DNA of 63,846 nt, the filler included, from Stramenopiles sp. TOSAG23-2 (taxonomy: Eukaryota): the NCBI GenBank assembly GCA_900128395.1. It is 8 parts of 8 records of this genome, joined end to end, with 100 filler letters (N's around TTAATTAATTAA, not from the genome) between each part and the next. Parts side by side here need not be neighbours in the genome. Positions count along the whole stretch, not along the records: positions 27,015 to 53,889 come from LT649426.1; positions 53,990 to 55,550 come from LT652677.1; positions 55,651 to 57,210 come from LT652678.1; positions 57,311 to 58,870 come from LT652679.1; positions 58,971 to 60,530 come from LT652680.1; positions 60,631 to 62,189 come from LT652681.1; 2 more parts are not named here. One strand, given 5' to 3'. The position numbers were made by a program, and so were the translations under genes. Shown here piece by piece: positions 49,969 through 62,189 of this stretch (positions within the stretch are counted from its first letter, which is position 1; the number at the start of each line of letters is the position of its first letter). The notes below the pieces were generated by a model. The model saw only the letters and a list, made by a program, of their open reading frames with translations. It did not search any database and was not told the origin of the DNA.

Positions 49969-52116
49969 CTATAAATCTTTCATTTGTAATGTAATTTGTT
50001 TAATTTCTGCAGTTTGTTTATCACGATAACTTTCATATGCACCTCCTAATTTATCTAAATATGGCTGCGCGCCACAAATGACATGTCTGTTTGATATTTC
50101 TATGGTATTATCAAGTGCATCGTCTTCTTTTCCAACCAAAGGAGCTACCAAGTTTCCATGTGTAACAATATAATTTAATTCACGTTGTAATTGATCTTCA
50201 CGAAATGCTGGACGAACTGGTCCAACATTACTAAATTCAACATCATTGGCTTCTACAAACGATGCTTTGTGATAATTATCACCCAGCCATTTTTTTTTCC
50301 AGCTATGGCTAAAATTACTCGTTAAAACAGAATTACGTGCAATTTCACCCATATCCGTATTTGATAAAGTAAAGATTTTTTGTGCAACAATATATTCTTC
50401 AACTAATGGTTGTGCAGTATTGTGAAATTGCAATGGATCGTCCGTTCCTAAGCAAACACGTAGTCCAGCTTTAAAAAAATCACCTACTGGTGAATTTTGC
50501 AACTTTAAAAAAAGTGCATCATTTGATAAGGGACAAAGAGCCAAACCTATTTGGGAAAGATAATATAAATATTGCAATGTAGGTTCATCTTGTAATTTGA
50601 TTCCATGGTTCACCGAGTCAGCTAAAAGGTAAGAAGTTGCTAAATGATGCCTTTGCCCAGCCTCCCCACAATGTGGTTTAAATGCAAATGTATTTAATCC
50701 CCTCGATTCTCTTAAACGATTCAATACAAAAATATTTGCATATAAATAATATGACCAATAGGAATATGGTGGATTTGCTTTTTTTTTGTAATCTTGTGGT
50801 GAAACCGTAAGTGTTTCATCAAACATTAACGGATCGTATTTGCTTTCATCATCAACGCAATCAAAACCTCCAATGTTTGATAAAAAGATATGAATATTTT
50901 CATTTTCCTCTGGATTTAAAGTAGCTTCAAATATCGGTTGAAATATGTTTCTCAACATCTCTTCAAATGATTGATACGATTTTCCCATAAATATGTTGCA
51001 TAGCCGTGGTACTTGTATCATCCATTTCACATGACCAGATGCTTTTCCAGCGTTTTCCTCATCACAACTTAACACTTTATGGTCCACGAACCATTTTGAT
51101 AAATTTTCCCATTCATTCATTTTACGACCGTAAATGGATAAACGTGGTTCAATTGCTACACGGTGATACTGTTCTCGTATACGTTTAAACACTACTTCGC
51201 GTAAAACTTCTGCAAAAAAACGACCATTGATCAGATTGCTTGATTTCATGAAAATACTGCGTAAATCTGATCTACCCATTGGATTGTAGGAATCATTGAA
51301 ATTATCAAAACGATGAAACATTTTAGCAGATGCAGCCATATCAAGCCGTTCTGTAGTAATACGTTCAATATCAAATGCCTCATCGTTCATTAAATTCAAC
51401 GAATCTTTCAACGTCACATCGCCCTCGTCATCTTTCGTTACAATCAAATCTCCTTCTTGATAATATTTATCTTTCATAAATTGTAACATTTCATCTCTCC
51501 TCATGGATGAAGCAGCGTGTATATGGTTATCCACTTTTGTAATTGTAATAAAATCAGCGCTATCATTTTTCGTACCAGCTTCCTCATAGTAATTATTTAA
51601 TTTTTTATGAAAATCATAATTCATTCTCAACAAAGATAATCGATGGTATGAAAATGTATTTGCCGACTTTGACGTTGCAAATTGCCAAAGTTCTTTTAAA
51701 TCTTTTGTATATTCCTGAAACGAAGGTGGCGGTTTGTTTATGATATTATCGCTGCTCTTGTTATTATTATTATTATTATTATTACTATTATTATTATTAC
51801 TATTGCCAATATTATTTGATAAATTAATTTTTTCCCCTTTATCATCCTTTAAAACAATAACACCATTTTCAAATTCTATTTTAACTTCACCAATCGGCCC
51901 TGGAAACGGTGGTTTTTCATAAACAAACGGATGGTCATTCACTGCATCTTGAAATGATGATAAAATAGGATTCTCATGATTCGGCACAATTGGTTGATAT
52001 AAATACTTCTCTCGTTTCTTAATACTTTCAACCAGTTTCAAACTTACTTCATTGCGTTCTTGTTTCCATTCTTTTGTATCAGCATTTGTCGGTGTGATTA
52101 TGATTTGATGGTACAT
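49969..52116 (-). CDS. AMPD: AMP deaminase
   Basis: KVDNHIHA, FHRFDNFN, EPRLSIYG, GFDCVDDES, KPHCGEAG, CPLSNDALF, LGTDDPLQFH. Confidence 0.95.
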   Translation of the reverse strand: MYHQIIITPTNADTKEWKQERNEVSLKLVESIKKREKYLYQPIVPNHENPILSSFQDAVNDHPFVYEKPPFPGPIGEVKIEFENGVIVLKDDKGEKINLSNNIGNSNNNNSNNNNNNNNKSSDNIINKPPPSFQEYTKDLKELWQFATSKSANTFSYHRLSLLRMNYDFHKKLNNYYEEAGTKNDSADFITITKVDNHIHAASSMRRDEMLQFMKDKYYQEGDLIVTKDDEGDVTLKDSLNLMNDEAFDIERITTERLDMAASAKMFHRFDNFNDSYNPMGRSDLRSIFMKSSNLINGRFFAEVLREVVFKRIREQYHRVAIEPRLSIYGRKMNEWENLSKWFVDHKVLSCDEENAGKASGHVKWMIQVPRLCNIFMGKSYQSFEEMLRNIFQPIFEATLNPEENENIHIFLSNIGGFDCVDDESKYDPLMFDETLTVSPQDYKKKANPPYSYWSYYLYANIFVLNRLRESRGLNTFAFKPHCGEAGQRHHLATSYLLADSVNHGIKLQDEPTLQYLYYLSQIGLALCPLSNDALFLKLQNSPVGDFFKAGLRVCLGTDDPLQFHNTAQPLVEEYIVAQKIFTLSNTDMGEIARNSVLTSNFSHSWKKKWLGDNYHKASFVEANDVEFSNVGPVRPAFREDQLQRELNYIVTHGNLVAPLVGKEDDALDNTIEISNRHVICGAQPYLDKLGGAYESYRDKQTAEIKQITLQMKDL

Positions 52117-52641
52117 GGTTGATATATATAATTTTATGTGCTTGTTTTCAATATTAAAAGAAGAAAGTACAAGATGATGATGATGTTCTTATATATCCTA
52201 GGGGATATATATATATATTATGTTGTTGATTCCTCGTAAATGCGTATTTGATATTTGATTTACGCATGCCAGGCACATGATGCATTCCTGGCATTTTCAT
52301 GTTCATGTATTTATAAATAAAAACGTGAATAGCTGGATATTATAGCAGGTACACAGCACTTTGTACATAATGCAACACTTTTATTTTATTATTACTGTAC
52401 CTGGTACGCTGGCTGGCTGGTACGCACGTACACCTCTATTTTTTAATTATAGTAGATATTAATAACGTCTATATAAGAGTTGTTGTGATAATATTATACT
52501 GTAATAAAATAACAATACTTGTACAGTGGGTACGAGGATAAAAGATAAATTGAAGTAACATATGCATTAAAAGATTTTTGAATAACATATGTTATCACCA
52601 CTCAATCCATATAAAAAATTTGTACAACAATCAAATATAAA

Positions 52642-53415
52642 ATGTCAAATTTAATATCAGGATTACATGATACTGGACGAAGAATTGGATGGAGACAATC
52701 GAATTTAGCACTTGTAAAAAATTATGAAAAAGCACATCCTAGCGGTGTCAATGTATATATTCAAAGAGGTGGACCGTTGAATGATTATCCGATAACATAT
52801 GCGGTAAAATATGGCGCAAACATCGTCATTATTAATTACATATTAGATATTATGGTAAATATTCATGGTTATAATCAGTTATATCTTGATAACGTTAAAG
52901 ATGGTATGGTTACAAGTTTATTTGATTTAAACGACGCAGCATGGAGAAAAACTACGTTGCCTCAAGTACAAGAAATATATCGTAAAGAAAAGGAAAGACG
53001 AGAAGACTTGGATATATTAAATACATGGAATGGCATTCATGAAGAAGTACCTGTATATTATGCCATATGGGGTGAAGCTAGATTGGAGGTGGTTCAATTT
53101 TTTTGTGAAAATATGGGCATTGAAAATGTAATGCATTGGCGTGATGAATATGGTTGGACTTTACTTCACTATGTTGTAAAATGGAATCGTCCACATTTAA
53201 TAGGTTATATACTATCAATATTAGGAGAAGAGTTTGCAGAAATAAGAAATGATAAAGGTCGTATGCCATATGAATATGCTGAAATGCACAATAAAGTCGA
53301 ATGTCTTGAATTATTAATGAATCCAGATCAAACTATTAAAAAATATTTAGAACAAAGTGCTGATAAGGATATCAAAAATTGCTCTTTTACTTCTGCGAGT
53401 ACGATAAAAAATTAA
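52642..53415 (+). CDS. Ankyrin-repeat protein
   Basis: YPITYAVKYG, GWTLLHYVVKWNR, NDKGRMPYEYA. Confidence 0.75.
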   Translation: MSNLISGLHDTGRRIGWRQSNLALVKNYEKAHPSGVNVYIQRGGPLNDYPITYAVKYGANIVIINYILDIMVNIHGYNQLYLDNVKDGMVTSLFDLNDAAWRKTTLPQVQEIYRKEKERREDLDILNTWNGIHEEVPVYYAIWGEARLEVVQFFCENMGIENVMHWRDEYGWTLLHYVVKWNRPHLIGYILSILGEEFAEIRNDKGRMPYEYAEMHNKVECLELLMNPDQTIKKYLEQSADKDIKNCSFTSASTIKN

Positions 53416-53989
53416 GTCCCTCCTGTGTGTGATACACGTGGGTTTGAAATAAATATGTGTACATATATGATATATTAATATTTAAAACAAATTGCTCTTT
53501 TACTTCTGCGAGTACGATAAAAAATTAAGTCCCTCCTGTGTGTGATACACGTGGGTTTGAAATAAATATGTGTACATATATGATATATTAATATTTAAAA
53601 CATTTGAATTATTCTATTCTATTTTAATTTCTTTAAATTTTGCATATTATAAAAATGACACACTTTAAAATACTGGTGCATCTTTAAATTTTATTCTCTA
53701 GGAGAATATCAAAAAGAGAGAATTTTTAAGAGTGTGTAACGAGGAAGAAATTATATTATATACGTTTTGCAACTCACAAGCGATACATCGACTTTGCAGC
53801 TCCACCGTACAACATAGCACGTTCTTCAAGGCTATATTTATCTTTTGTAATTTTCTCAAATGCTTTAAATAAACGTTCCGATTCCCATTNNNNNNNNNNN
53901 NNNNNNNNNNNNNNNNNNNNNNNNNNNNNNNNNTTAATTAATTAANNNNNNNNNNNNNNNNNNNNNNNNNNNNNNNNNNNNNNNNNNNN

Positions 53990-55550
53990 CATAATGTAAG
54001 TGATTGAAATTCTTGACTGTATGAAAATGTTGCATTTTTAATTTATTGACTACATCGCATAGTGTTTCAAGAAAATTTCGTGAAGCATCTGGACGTACTG
54101 CAGTTGATCCATTATGTATCGATTATAAATTATGCGAAAATATTAAACCAAAAAAACGATTGACATCATTATCTGCGGAGGAGGAACAACGATCATGGGA
54201 TTACACAGACGAGGAGAGATTAGTTAGATATAATGGCGCATATTTTATGACAAGTTCAGAAGTTATTATCGATACGTCAATTGCATCACCACCAGAGGAT
54301 GTGGATGAAGTATTAGAAAATACTATCAAAGTTATTGATGGAACAGAAGCAGCAGTTGATCCATTTGAAGGTGATAATGAAATGGTAAAAGATGGTGGAA
54401 ATGGTTTTGACCCATTGACAGAAGCTGGTGTTAGAGCACAGTTTTCGTTGACTACGCCAATGACAGATGTATCACGTGGTGTTGGTACACGCAAAGAACG
54501 TTTATTTGAACGTGCAGTGTATTGTTTTTCATATGATGATAATGAAATGTTGCATAAAGTACAAGATTTAATGAAAAAAGTCAACGAGTCAGCGTTACCA
54601 AATACAGCATTAAGAGCACATCAATTGACTGAACAGCAAGTCGTTGATGCGCAAAATGGCGAGTTAGATATCATATGTGGATTTCAAGTCATTGATGAAG
54701 ATTTTCGTATAATAGTAATTGAAGGACTTGGCAGCGGTGGTATGGCTATATTGCATCGAGAAGTACGACGTACTCGTGCAAATGGTCCATTAATTAGGGT
54801 ATTGTCTGATCCAACGGTACGATTTTTAGAAAGAGAATATTTACCATTTCACGTTGATTTGAAACGAATTAAATTACGCGATCGTTTACCACAAATTTGT
54901 GAAACTCCTGATATTTATAATCGTGCAAAAGTTCCATTGCCATGCTTTGAAGCATTACATCGTTTATTTCGATTACGCAACTCGAATCGTTTAAGGCATG
55001 TAATGGAAAGTGAATTATTTCCATCGGTAGATATGTTATTGGTATTAGAAAGTAAATATGGAGAAGCAATTAGTTTAGAAGATATGGATGGCAACAGAGC
55101 TAAACATATAATAGTAGAATTTGATGAAGATGACTACGTAGCTACGGATGACGAGGCTGAAGAGGAGGATGATGAATTCGATGAAACAGAAATAGTAGTA
55201 ACGAAAAAAGAACGAAAACATTCAGATAAAAGAAAAGCAGATACTGATTGTTGGAACGATGCGTTTGAACAATTTCTTATTGAACAAGCTAGAAAAATTT
55301 ATCCAAATCGTCCAAAGATTCAAGCGGCATTGGCAGCTAAAATTAAATCGGAAACATTAAAAGCACGTGCGATACGTGCAAAAACAGAAGTGTTGGAAAT
55401 GCCACCGGAAGTTAAAGGTCAAATCTATATTTACAGTGGGCAAAAATTACAATATACCGAGTTTCAAAAAGAAAAAATGCGTAAACGTCTTAGTAAAATT
55501 AAAAATGCAACATTTTCATACAGTCAAGAATTTCAATCACTTACATTATG
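53990..55550 (+). CDS. CFAP92 (KIAA1257/FLJ43738)-like ciliary protein, partial; intron 53996-54062
   Basis: FERAVY..YDD, LDIICGFQVID...IEGL, DLKRIKLR...PDIYNR, YSGQKLQYTE...FSYSQEFQS; GTAAGT...CATAG intron precedes the exon. Confidence 0.6.
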
Positions 55551-55708
55551 NNNNNNNNNNNNNNNNNNNNNNNNNNNNNNNNNNNNNNNNNNNNTTAATT
55601 AATTAANNNNNNNNNNNNNNNNNNNNNNNNNNNNNNNNNNNNNNNNNNNNTCGACTGACAAGGCATGTTGGTCAAAATAATCATCTGATAAACCATGATC
55701 ATACGGAT

Positions 55709-56180
55709 CTAAAGCATGTTTCTTTCGTAATGATAAATTATATTCATAATTGTCATATTTCGGCATTGCATTTCGTATAACGCTAATCTACTATTATTAT
55801 TGTAAAACAAACTAAATTCTGTATCAGCTGCAATTTTGCCCTCTTTTATCTGCACATCATCAGAATTAAATGTCAAAACATGATCATGTGGATAATCTAA
55901 ATTGATTGTTTTCACAGGCGAATACATATGATAGCCATATCTTTCTATTTTTAAATTAGTAAATTGTTTTACTATATCATCACGTTGTTTTGATGAGATA
56001 TAGAAGAGACTTCTTCGATATTTGTTGTAATAATACCTCGGTATTGAAAAAAGGCTGTTCGTCGGTGTTTCCCATGATTGACATCACTTTTTTAGAAGTT
56101 ACCGGTACGCTGGAAATAGCATTCCATCAGCATTGGCACGGAGTACCATATCCAAAATAGAACAATTTGTGGCCTTTGAT
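55709..56180 (-). pseudogene. Coding-like but frameshifted fragment of unknown identity
   Basis: Short minus-strand ORFs with coding-like composition that do not join into one frame. Confidence 0.25.
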
Positions 56181-56356
56181 GCGTTATTATTATTATTCCC
56201 CAAAAAAAACTTTTTATATAACAAACAAATACATAATCAATCCTATGAACAACAGGGGAAAACTGGAAAATGATGCAATACATGTATCTAACATCAGTAG
56301 AATAATATATATAATACATCTTTCAATATTCATAAATTAAATAAAATATTTGCAGC

Positions 56357-57210
56357 ATGCCAAAACCAAAACGGGAGCGCCCAATTCATGGTTCCAAAGG
56401 TGCGTTTGTAGGAGGAGAATGGATACCAATTGAAGAATGTGCTGATAAATTTTATATTAATAACGGAAGTGGTGGAGACTGTTCAAAGAAGTGTTCAACT
56501 TGTCCACGTTCCAAATCAAGAAATTCTAGTGCTAAATCGGATGGTAGTTACGACATTGCTATCATTGGTGCAGGGTGTATTGGATCTGCAATTGCAAGGG
56601 AACTATCTAAAACTACAGCATCTATTATATTACTGGAAGCAGCTGACGATGTTACACAAGGAGCAACGAAAGGTAATAGTGGTATTGTACACGCTGGCTA
56701 TGATGATAAACCAGGAACGGTGAAATCAAAATATTGCTGGCCAGGGAATCAATTGTTTCCACAATTAGATCGAGAGTTACATTTCGGATATGAGCAAAAT
56801 GGATCGTTAGTAGTTGCTAAAGGCGAGGAGGATGAACAAATATTGGAAGAATTAATGCAACGTGGTTATGAGAATGGTGTAGAAAATTGCCGTATTATTG
56901 GTAGAGAAGAATTATTAGAGAAAGAGCCTTATATTCACCCAGATGCAACGGCTGCTTTATATTCACCAGACGCTGGAACCATCACGCCATATGAGTATAC
57001 CATTGCACTTGCTGAAAATGCTGTTGATAACGGTGTTGAACTTAGAATTAGGCGCGAAGTGATTTCCATTGATCAGGAAAGCAAAGATGGAGATTTTATT
57101 ATCACAGCAAAACATTGGGAGCCGTCAAATATAGCGAAAAAAATGTTTAATAAGAATGCGTTGTTACCTTACATAGTAATATCAGGTGTTGGGATAGCTG
57201 CTTCAATTAT
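56357..57210 (+). CDS. FAD-dependent oxidoreductase (GlpA/LhgO-like), 3'-truncated
   Basis: YDIAIIGAGCIGSAIARELS, GATKGNSGIVHAGYD, EPYI...ALYSPDAG. Confidence 0.85.
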
Positions 57211-57310
57211 NNNNNNNNNNNNNNNNNNNNNNNNNNNNNNNNNNNNNNNNNNNNTTAATTAATTAANNNNNNNNNNNNNNNNNNNNNNNNNNNNNNNNNN
57301 NNNNNNNNNN

Positions 57311-57461
57311 CAGCAACACGTCGATTTTCTTCCTTATCAAAATCGAGCTTTTTTTCATGTGCAACATCAATTGATAGTTGTAACTTACGCACAGTTTGGA
57401 TTAATGAACGAATGGTGGTTGCATAATCGTTTCCTTCATTACCATTGTTATTATTATACAT
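57311..57461 (-). CDS. 5' end of an unknown gene running into the contig edge
   Basis: ATG-led open frame reaches the spacer. Confidence 0.4.
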
Positions 57462-58824
57462 GATATTATAAAGCGATTGGTGGGAATTCTCTGTTTCTTA
57501 TTTGATATCGTGATTAAGTTTATATATGGAACTCTTTTACACCAGAAACAATATGTTTTACTACAGTGCCGTGTAATTATTCTGTTGTTGATAAATGTGT
57601 ATAAGTAATAACAACAATATGATATAAAATATAAATATACCTGTAATAAACTTAGGTCTACCAATAATAATATAATATTTATAATAGTATTATAATACCT
57701 TAACCTGGTACTGTAATACCTGGTAACAATTCTAGTAATACTGTGGGCTATAAAAATTTTAATGCTGTGTGGTGCGCAGCACTGTGTTTCTTTTTATATG
57801 CGTAACAAATACAGTATTTGCTTTTATGTGTTTTTGTGCACATTATCATTGCCCGATTGCACATGTTGTTATATTACATTTATTAATTTACAAACAATAA
57901 ACACATGCGCACATGTAGTATTTTTCTTACCATTCGTTTCAAACAAAAAAATTTAAAATATACAGACAAAACATATGAATACAAACCATCATATAAATAA
58001 CAGATGAATCCTCCAATAATTAGTAAGAATATTATCAAACTTAAATTATATGATATGAATCTTTTTTGTATGTTGTTGAATTCATATTTGATTGAAAAAA
58101 AAACAATAATATGTTGATTTTAGCTACTATTTGTATATACAAATTGTCTTTGTCTTTTTTGTATATATACGTACTTGTGTTTTACTGAAAGAGAATATGA
58201 TATTAATATTATACCAGGGAGATTATATACAGTAATAATGTTGTTGTAGTGTTATAAATATTAGTGTCACTTTACACTTTGCCAGAAAAAGGAAAAAAGA
58301 AAAGAGAATGGGTTTGACCTAATCCTATTTCAATACTATTTTTATCTATCAAATTAAGTATAAAAATTTGTATTTTAATTTATAAAAACTCTGGACTTTA
58401 CAAAAAAAGCTGTGTAAAAAGTAACAGCTGGACAGCCCTGGTGTGATGACCTGATGGATGACCAGATTGCAGCCTTTTTTTTCTCTCTGTTATTTATACC
58501 TGGCTGTATAATAGCTAGCTACTGTATTATATTATTAATATTATAATTTTCGTCGCACGTGGTTTACGTTATAAAAAATAATTATGTCTAATATTATTAT
58601 TTTCTCTTCTTTATCTTATACCAGGTATTATATTATTACTCATATATTATTATTATATAAATTTATTATATATATATAAGTACAATAATATAAAAATCTA
58701 TTACAAATTTTAAATGATATATTTTTAATATATTATAAATTCATTATATTGTACACATAAATATAAGACGACTATCGTATATACCAAATTGTATAGATGT
58801 ACATATAATTTATCCATAACCACC

Positions 58825-58870
58825 ATGCCACGTAAAGATAGTGCTATGTTGGCAGAAATTAAGTCTTGGG
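58825..58870 (+). CDS. 5' stub of an unknown gene (MPRKDSAMLAEIKSW...)
   Basis: caccATG context after a long AT-rich upstream region; cut by the spacer. Confidence 0.35.
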
Positions 58871-59231
58871 NNNNNNNNNNNNNNNNNNNNNNNNNNNNNN
58901 NNNNNNNNNNNNNNTTAATTAATTAANNNNNNNNNNNNNNNNNNNNNNNNNNNNNNNNNNNNNNNNNNNNAGATCATGTGAGTACGATGGGTACCGCAAA
59001 AAGAATGTAAAGATTTTTTATTTATGATGCATTAAATATTAATCATAAAATATTTACGAAGTATATATTTATTTTAAAATATAAAATGATGGGTAAAATC
59101 TAAAAAGTTATTTTAAAAATAATATGATATGCATACTAATAATGATGGTTATGCATGTACTGATATATAAAAAATAATGCGTCGCAATGTGATCAATGTT
59201 AATACACCTCTCTCTCTCTCTACGCTTCTTC

Positions 59232-60530
59232 TCACGTTTGTTCTTCAATTTCAAAACTACCAAATTCTGTGTTCCATTTTTTATAATCCTCCAATTCATT
59301 CTTCCCAACGCTTGCTCTTACTTGTTTCATAGCATAAAATAAATCTTGTTTTACAATAGGTCGTAAATCACTAGGTTTCAATGAAAATCCTGCAACACTT
59401 CCATTTAGAAAATCTTTGCCTTGTGTTGCATCACGTAATGGTACCATTGCTGCCTCTCTACATAAACCATCTAAATCGGAACCGGAATATCCTTTAGTCA
59501 ATTGTACTAATTCAGTATAATCTGCTTCGGTTAATTCGTTTGCATTTTGTGTAAGCAATCGCTTTAACAATGCCTCACGCGCAACTGCATTTGGCAATGG
59601 TATATATAATCTTTTCATAAATCTTCGGCGTGCTGCTTCATCTAATTCTTGTGGTCGATTGGTTGCACCTAAAACTAGAATTTTTTCATCTTCAGACGAC
59701 CCCGCACCATCTAATTGAATAAGAAATTCAGTTTTGATCCTTCGGCTGGCTTCATTCTCACCACTTGCACGTTGTGTCAACAAAGAATCAATTTCATCGA
59801 TGAATATTACAGATGGTTGACGTGCAGCCGCAACGCCAAACAAAGCCCGGACTAATTTTTCACCTTGTCCAATCCATTTACTCGTTAATGATGATGCAGA
59901 AATGCTAAAAAATGTCGCTCCCGTCTGAGATGCAATTGCCTTTCCGATCATGGTCTTTCCAGTACCAGGTGGACCAAACAACAATAATCCTTTCGGTAAT
60001 TTTCTCAATCCTTGGAACATTTCTGGACATAAAATAGGCATGACGACAATTTCTTGGCAAGTACGCTTTGCAAATTCCAAACCAGCAATATCGTTCCATT
60101 TTACATTTTTGCTACTTTTTAAAATTTCATTCTCAATTTGTTCAACAAGCGCTGGATCTAAACATTTTAATCTTGGATGTATCTCCTCCTCTTCAACATT
60201 CATTCCATTGTTATTATTCATGTTCGATGCAGCAGCTCGTATGGCACCTTGAGTTCCAGCATTCCAACCACCATTTTTGCGACTTCGTACATTGCGAGAA
60301 GTGTTACTATTGGTCCCGTTGTTACCCAAAGGCCGCGGAGGTTGAAATCCAGGACGGCGCTTTAAACCTAATGTCTTCTTACTATTATTACTATTATTAT
60401 TATTGTTGTTGTTCCATTTACCGTAATTGTTGTTATTATTCGATACACCGTTATTATAAGAGTTGTTGTTGAAGTTGTTGTTACTGTTTAAATGTTCCTC
60501 GCCTTGACTTGATTTATAATACTCCTCTTT
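59232..60530 (-). CDS. FIGNL1: Fidgetin-like AAA ATPase, 5'-truncated
   Basis: WNDIAGLEFAK, LLFGPPGTGKT, SLTSKWIGQGEK, FIDEIDSLL, ATNRPQELDEAARRR, WNTEFGS; the frame is open to the spacer. Confidence 0.9.
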   Translation of the reverse strand, partial: KEEYYKSSQGEEHLNSNNNFNNNSYNNGVSNNNNNYGKWNNNNNNNSNNSKKTLGLKRRPGFQPPRPLGNNGTNSNTSRNVRSRKNGGWNAGTQGAIRAAASNMNNNNGMNVEEEEIHPRLKCLDPALVEQIENEILKSSKNVKWNDIAGLEFAKRTCQEIVVMPILCPEMFQGLRKLPKGLLLFGPPGTGKTMIGKAIASQTGATFFSISASSLTSKWIGQGEKLVRALFGVAAARQPSVIFIDEIDSLLTQRASGENEASRRIKTEFLIQLDGAGSSEDEKILVLGATNRPQELDEAARRRFMKRLYIPLPNAVAREALLKRLLTQNANELTEADYTELVQLTKGYSGSDLDGLCREAAMVPLRDATQGKDFLNGSVAGFSLKPSDLRPIVKQDLFYAMKQVRASVGKNELEDYKKWNTEFGSFEIEEQT

Positions 60531-61290
60531 NNNNNNNNNNNNNNNNNNNNNNNNNNNNNNNNNNNNNNNNNNNNTTAATTAATTAANNNNNNNNNNNNNN
60601 NNNNNNNNNNNNNNNNNNNNNNNNNNNNNNTCTTGTTCGTGTTGTGATTGCAACAAAACTATATACAAAATGGTATTATATATACTTTTTCAAATATTTT
60701 CTAAATTCTATATTTAAATAATTTTTAATTTAGATTATTATTATTTATTAATAAGATATTTTTAAATCATCTATAATAGAAGAAAAAAATAAAAAATGAT
60801 GCTTCTTTCTGGCTTTCCAGGCTTTCCATTGGCTTTCTTCCTCCTCTTGCCCTCCGGAAAAAAAAAACGTATTAATAGATTTATTTCAATTTATTCCATT
60901 TATGGACCAGGAAATGCCTGGAATTAGAATGCCTCTGGTGTCCAGAGAAATTCAATACAGTAATAGTAACAGGTTAAGGTAACAGGTATTATTTTGGCCA
61001 GTTTTTGATAGGTAACGAGCAGATTTAGATCATAATATTATACCTCCTATAGGTACCAAATTTTTGCAATTTTGTATTTTGTAAACCTTTTTTGGCAGCT
61101 TTAAGGTTTGGTTGTTGTATACTGTGACACATTTCAAAACATTATATTTCTAATAAATGTATCATATACGTAATTGAATGAAGAAAAATGTATTATTCAG
61201 AGGCAATTCCTTCTCAATTCTATATTTCTTTCATACTAGTAGCTACTATTCGTTGTAGCAGCAGCAGTTAGTAGTAGTTATGACAACAAT

Positions 61291-62189
61291 ATGCATTGTT
61301 GTTTCATCTGTAAAATATTTGCAATATCCATATATATATTATGCTTTGATCTTTGCAATATAATCAATGCAGCGGCATCCATAATACAACCTAATTATCG
61401 TTTTGATGAATCAACGGCATATTCAACGATTAAATATCCATGTCGTATAGTCGTGGAAGGATGGAGAAATATACCACATTCATATTCAATTGTTAGTACA
61501 TATTTTTATCATAACTTAGTGCAATCGATACCATCATATTGCGAAGTTTTTTTTTATGATGTACCATTTTGGAATCCAAAATGGAAATCTACAACGAAAA
61601 CATTATATGACAAAGCGATAGAAAAATCTATGCAAAAAATCAAATTATGCAATTTAACAACATGGCGTAACATAACAATTCGAATTTCATTTCCATATAA
61701 TATAAATAATAGAAAAAAGCATTGTAAAGATAATAATGAAGACTATAAAAAGACGAAAATATTTGTAATTGGAACTTCAGAATTTTTATCAGTTAATAAC
61801 TTTATATATTGGGATCAATCTAATAATAATAATAATAATAAATCGTCATTGAAATCAGTGTTAAGTAATTTTAATTTTTATAATGAAAATATGAAAATGA
61901 TAACACATTCATCATGGTCACGTGCAGGATTTATTAATACAGGAATATTTCCACGTAAAATATTAAATATACCATTGGGTGTTAATTCTAATATTTATTA
62001 TGAATTGTCAAAGAAACAAAAAATTAAAAAACGCATTGAAATATTAAATCAAGGAGAAGAGGATGACGACGGTGATGATGATAGTAGTAGTAGTAACAAC
62101 GATAATATTAATAATAATAAAATGATTGATGTTGATTCAGATGGACGTAGTAATAGTAACAATTATATCAATATTAAAAAAATATTGAA
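61291..62189 (+). CDS. GT-B (GT4-like) glycosyltransferase with N-terminal signal, 3'-truncated
   Basis: VVEGWRNIPHSYSIV, IRISFPY, FVIGTSEF, ITHSSWSRAGF...IPLGVN. Confidence 0.6.

Noticed and set aside
58825-59010. A single small gene spanning the spacer (MPRKDS... to ...GTAKRM*)
   Set aside because: The two parts lie on unlinked contigs.
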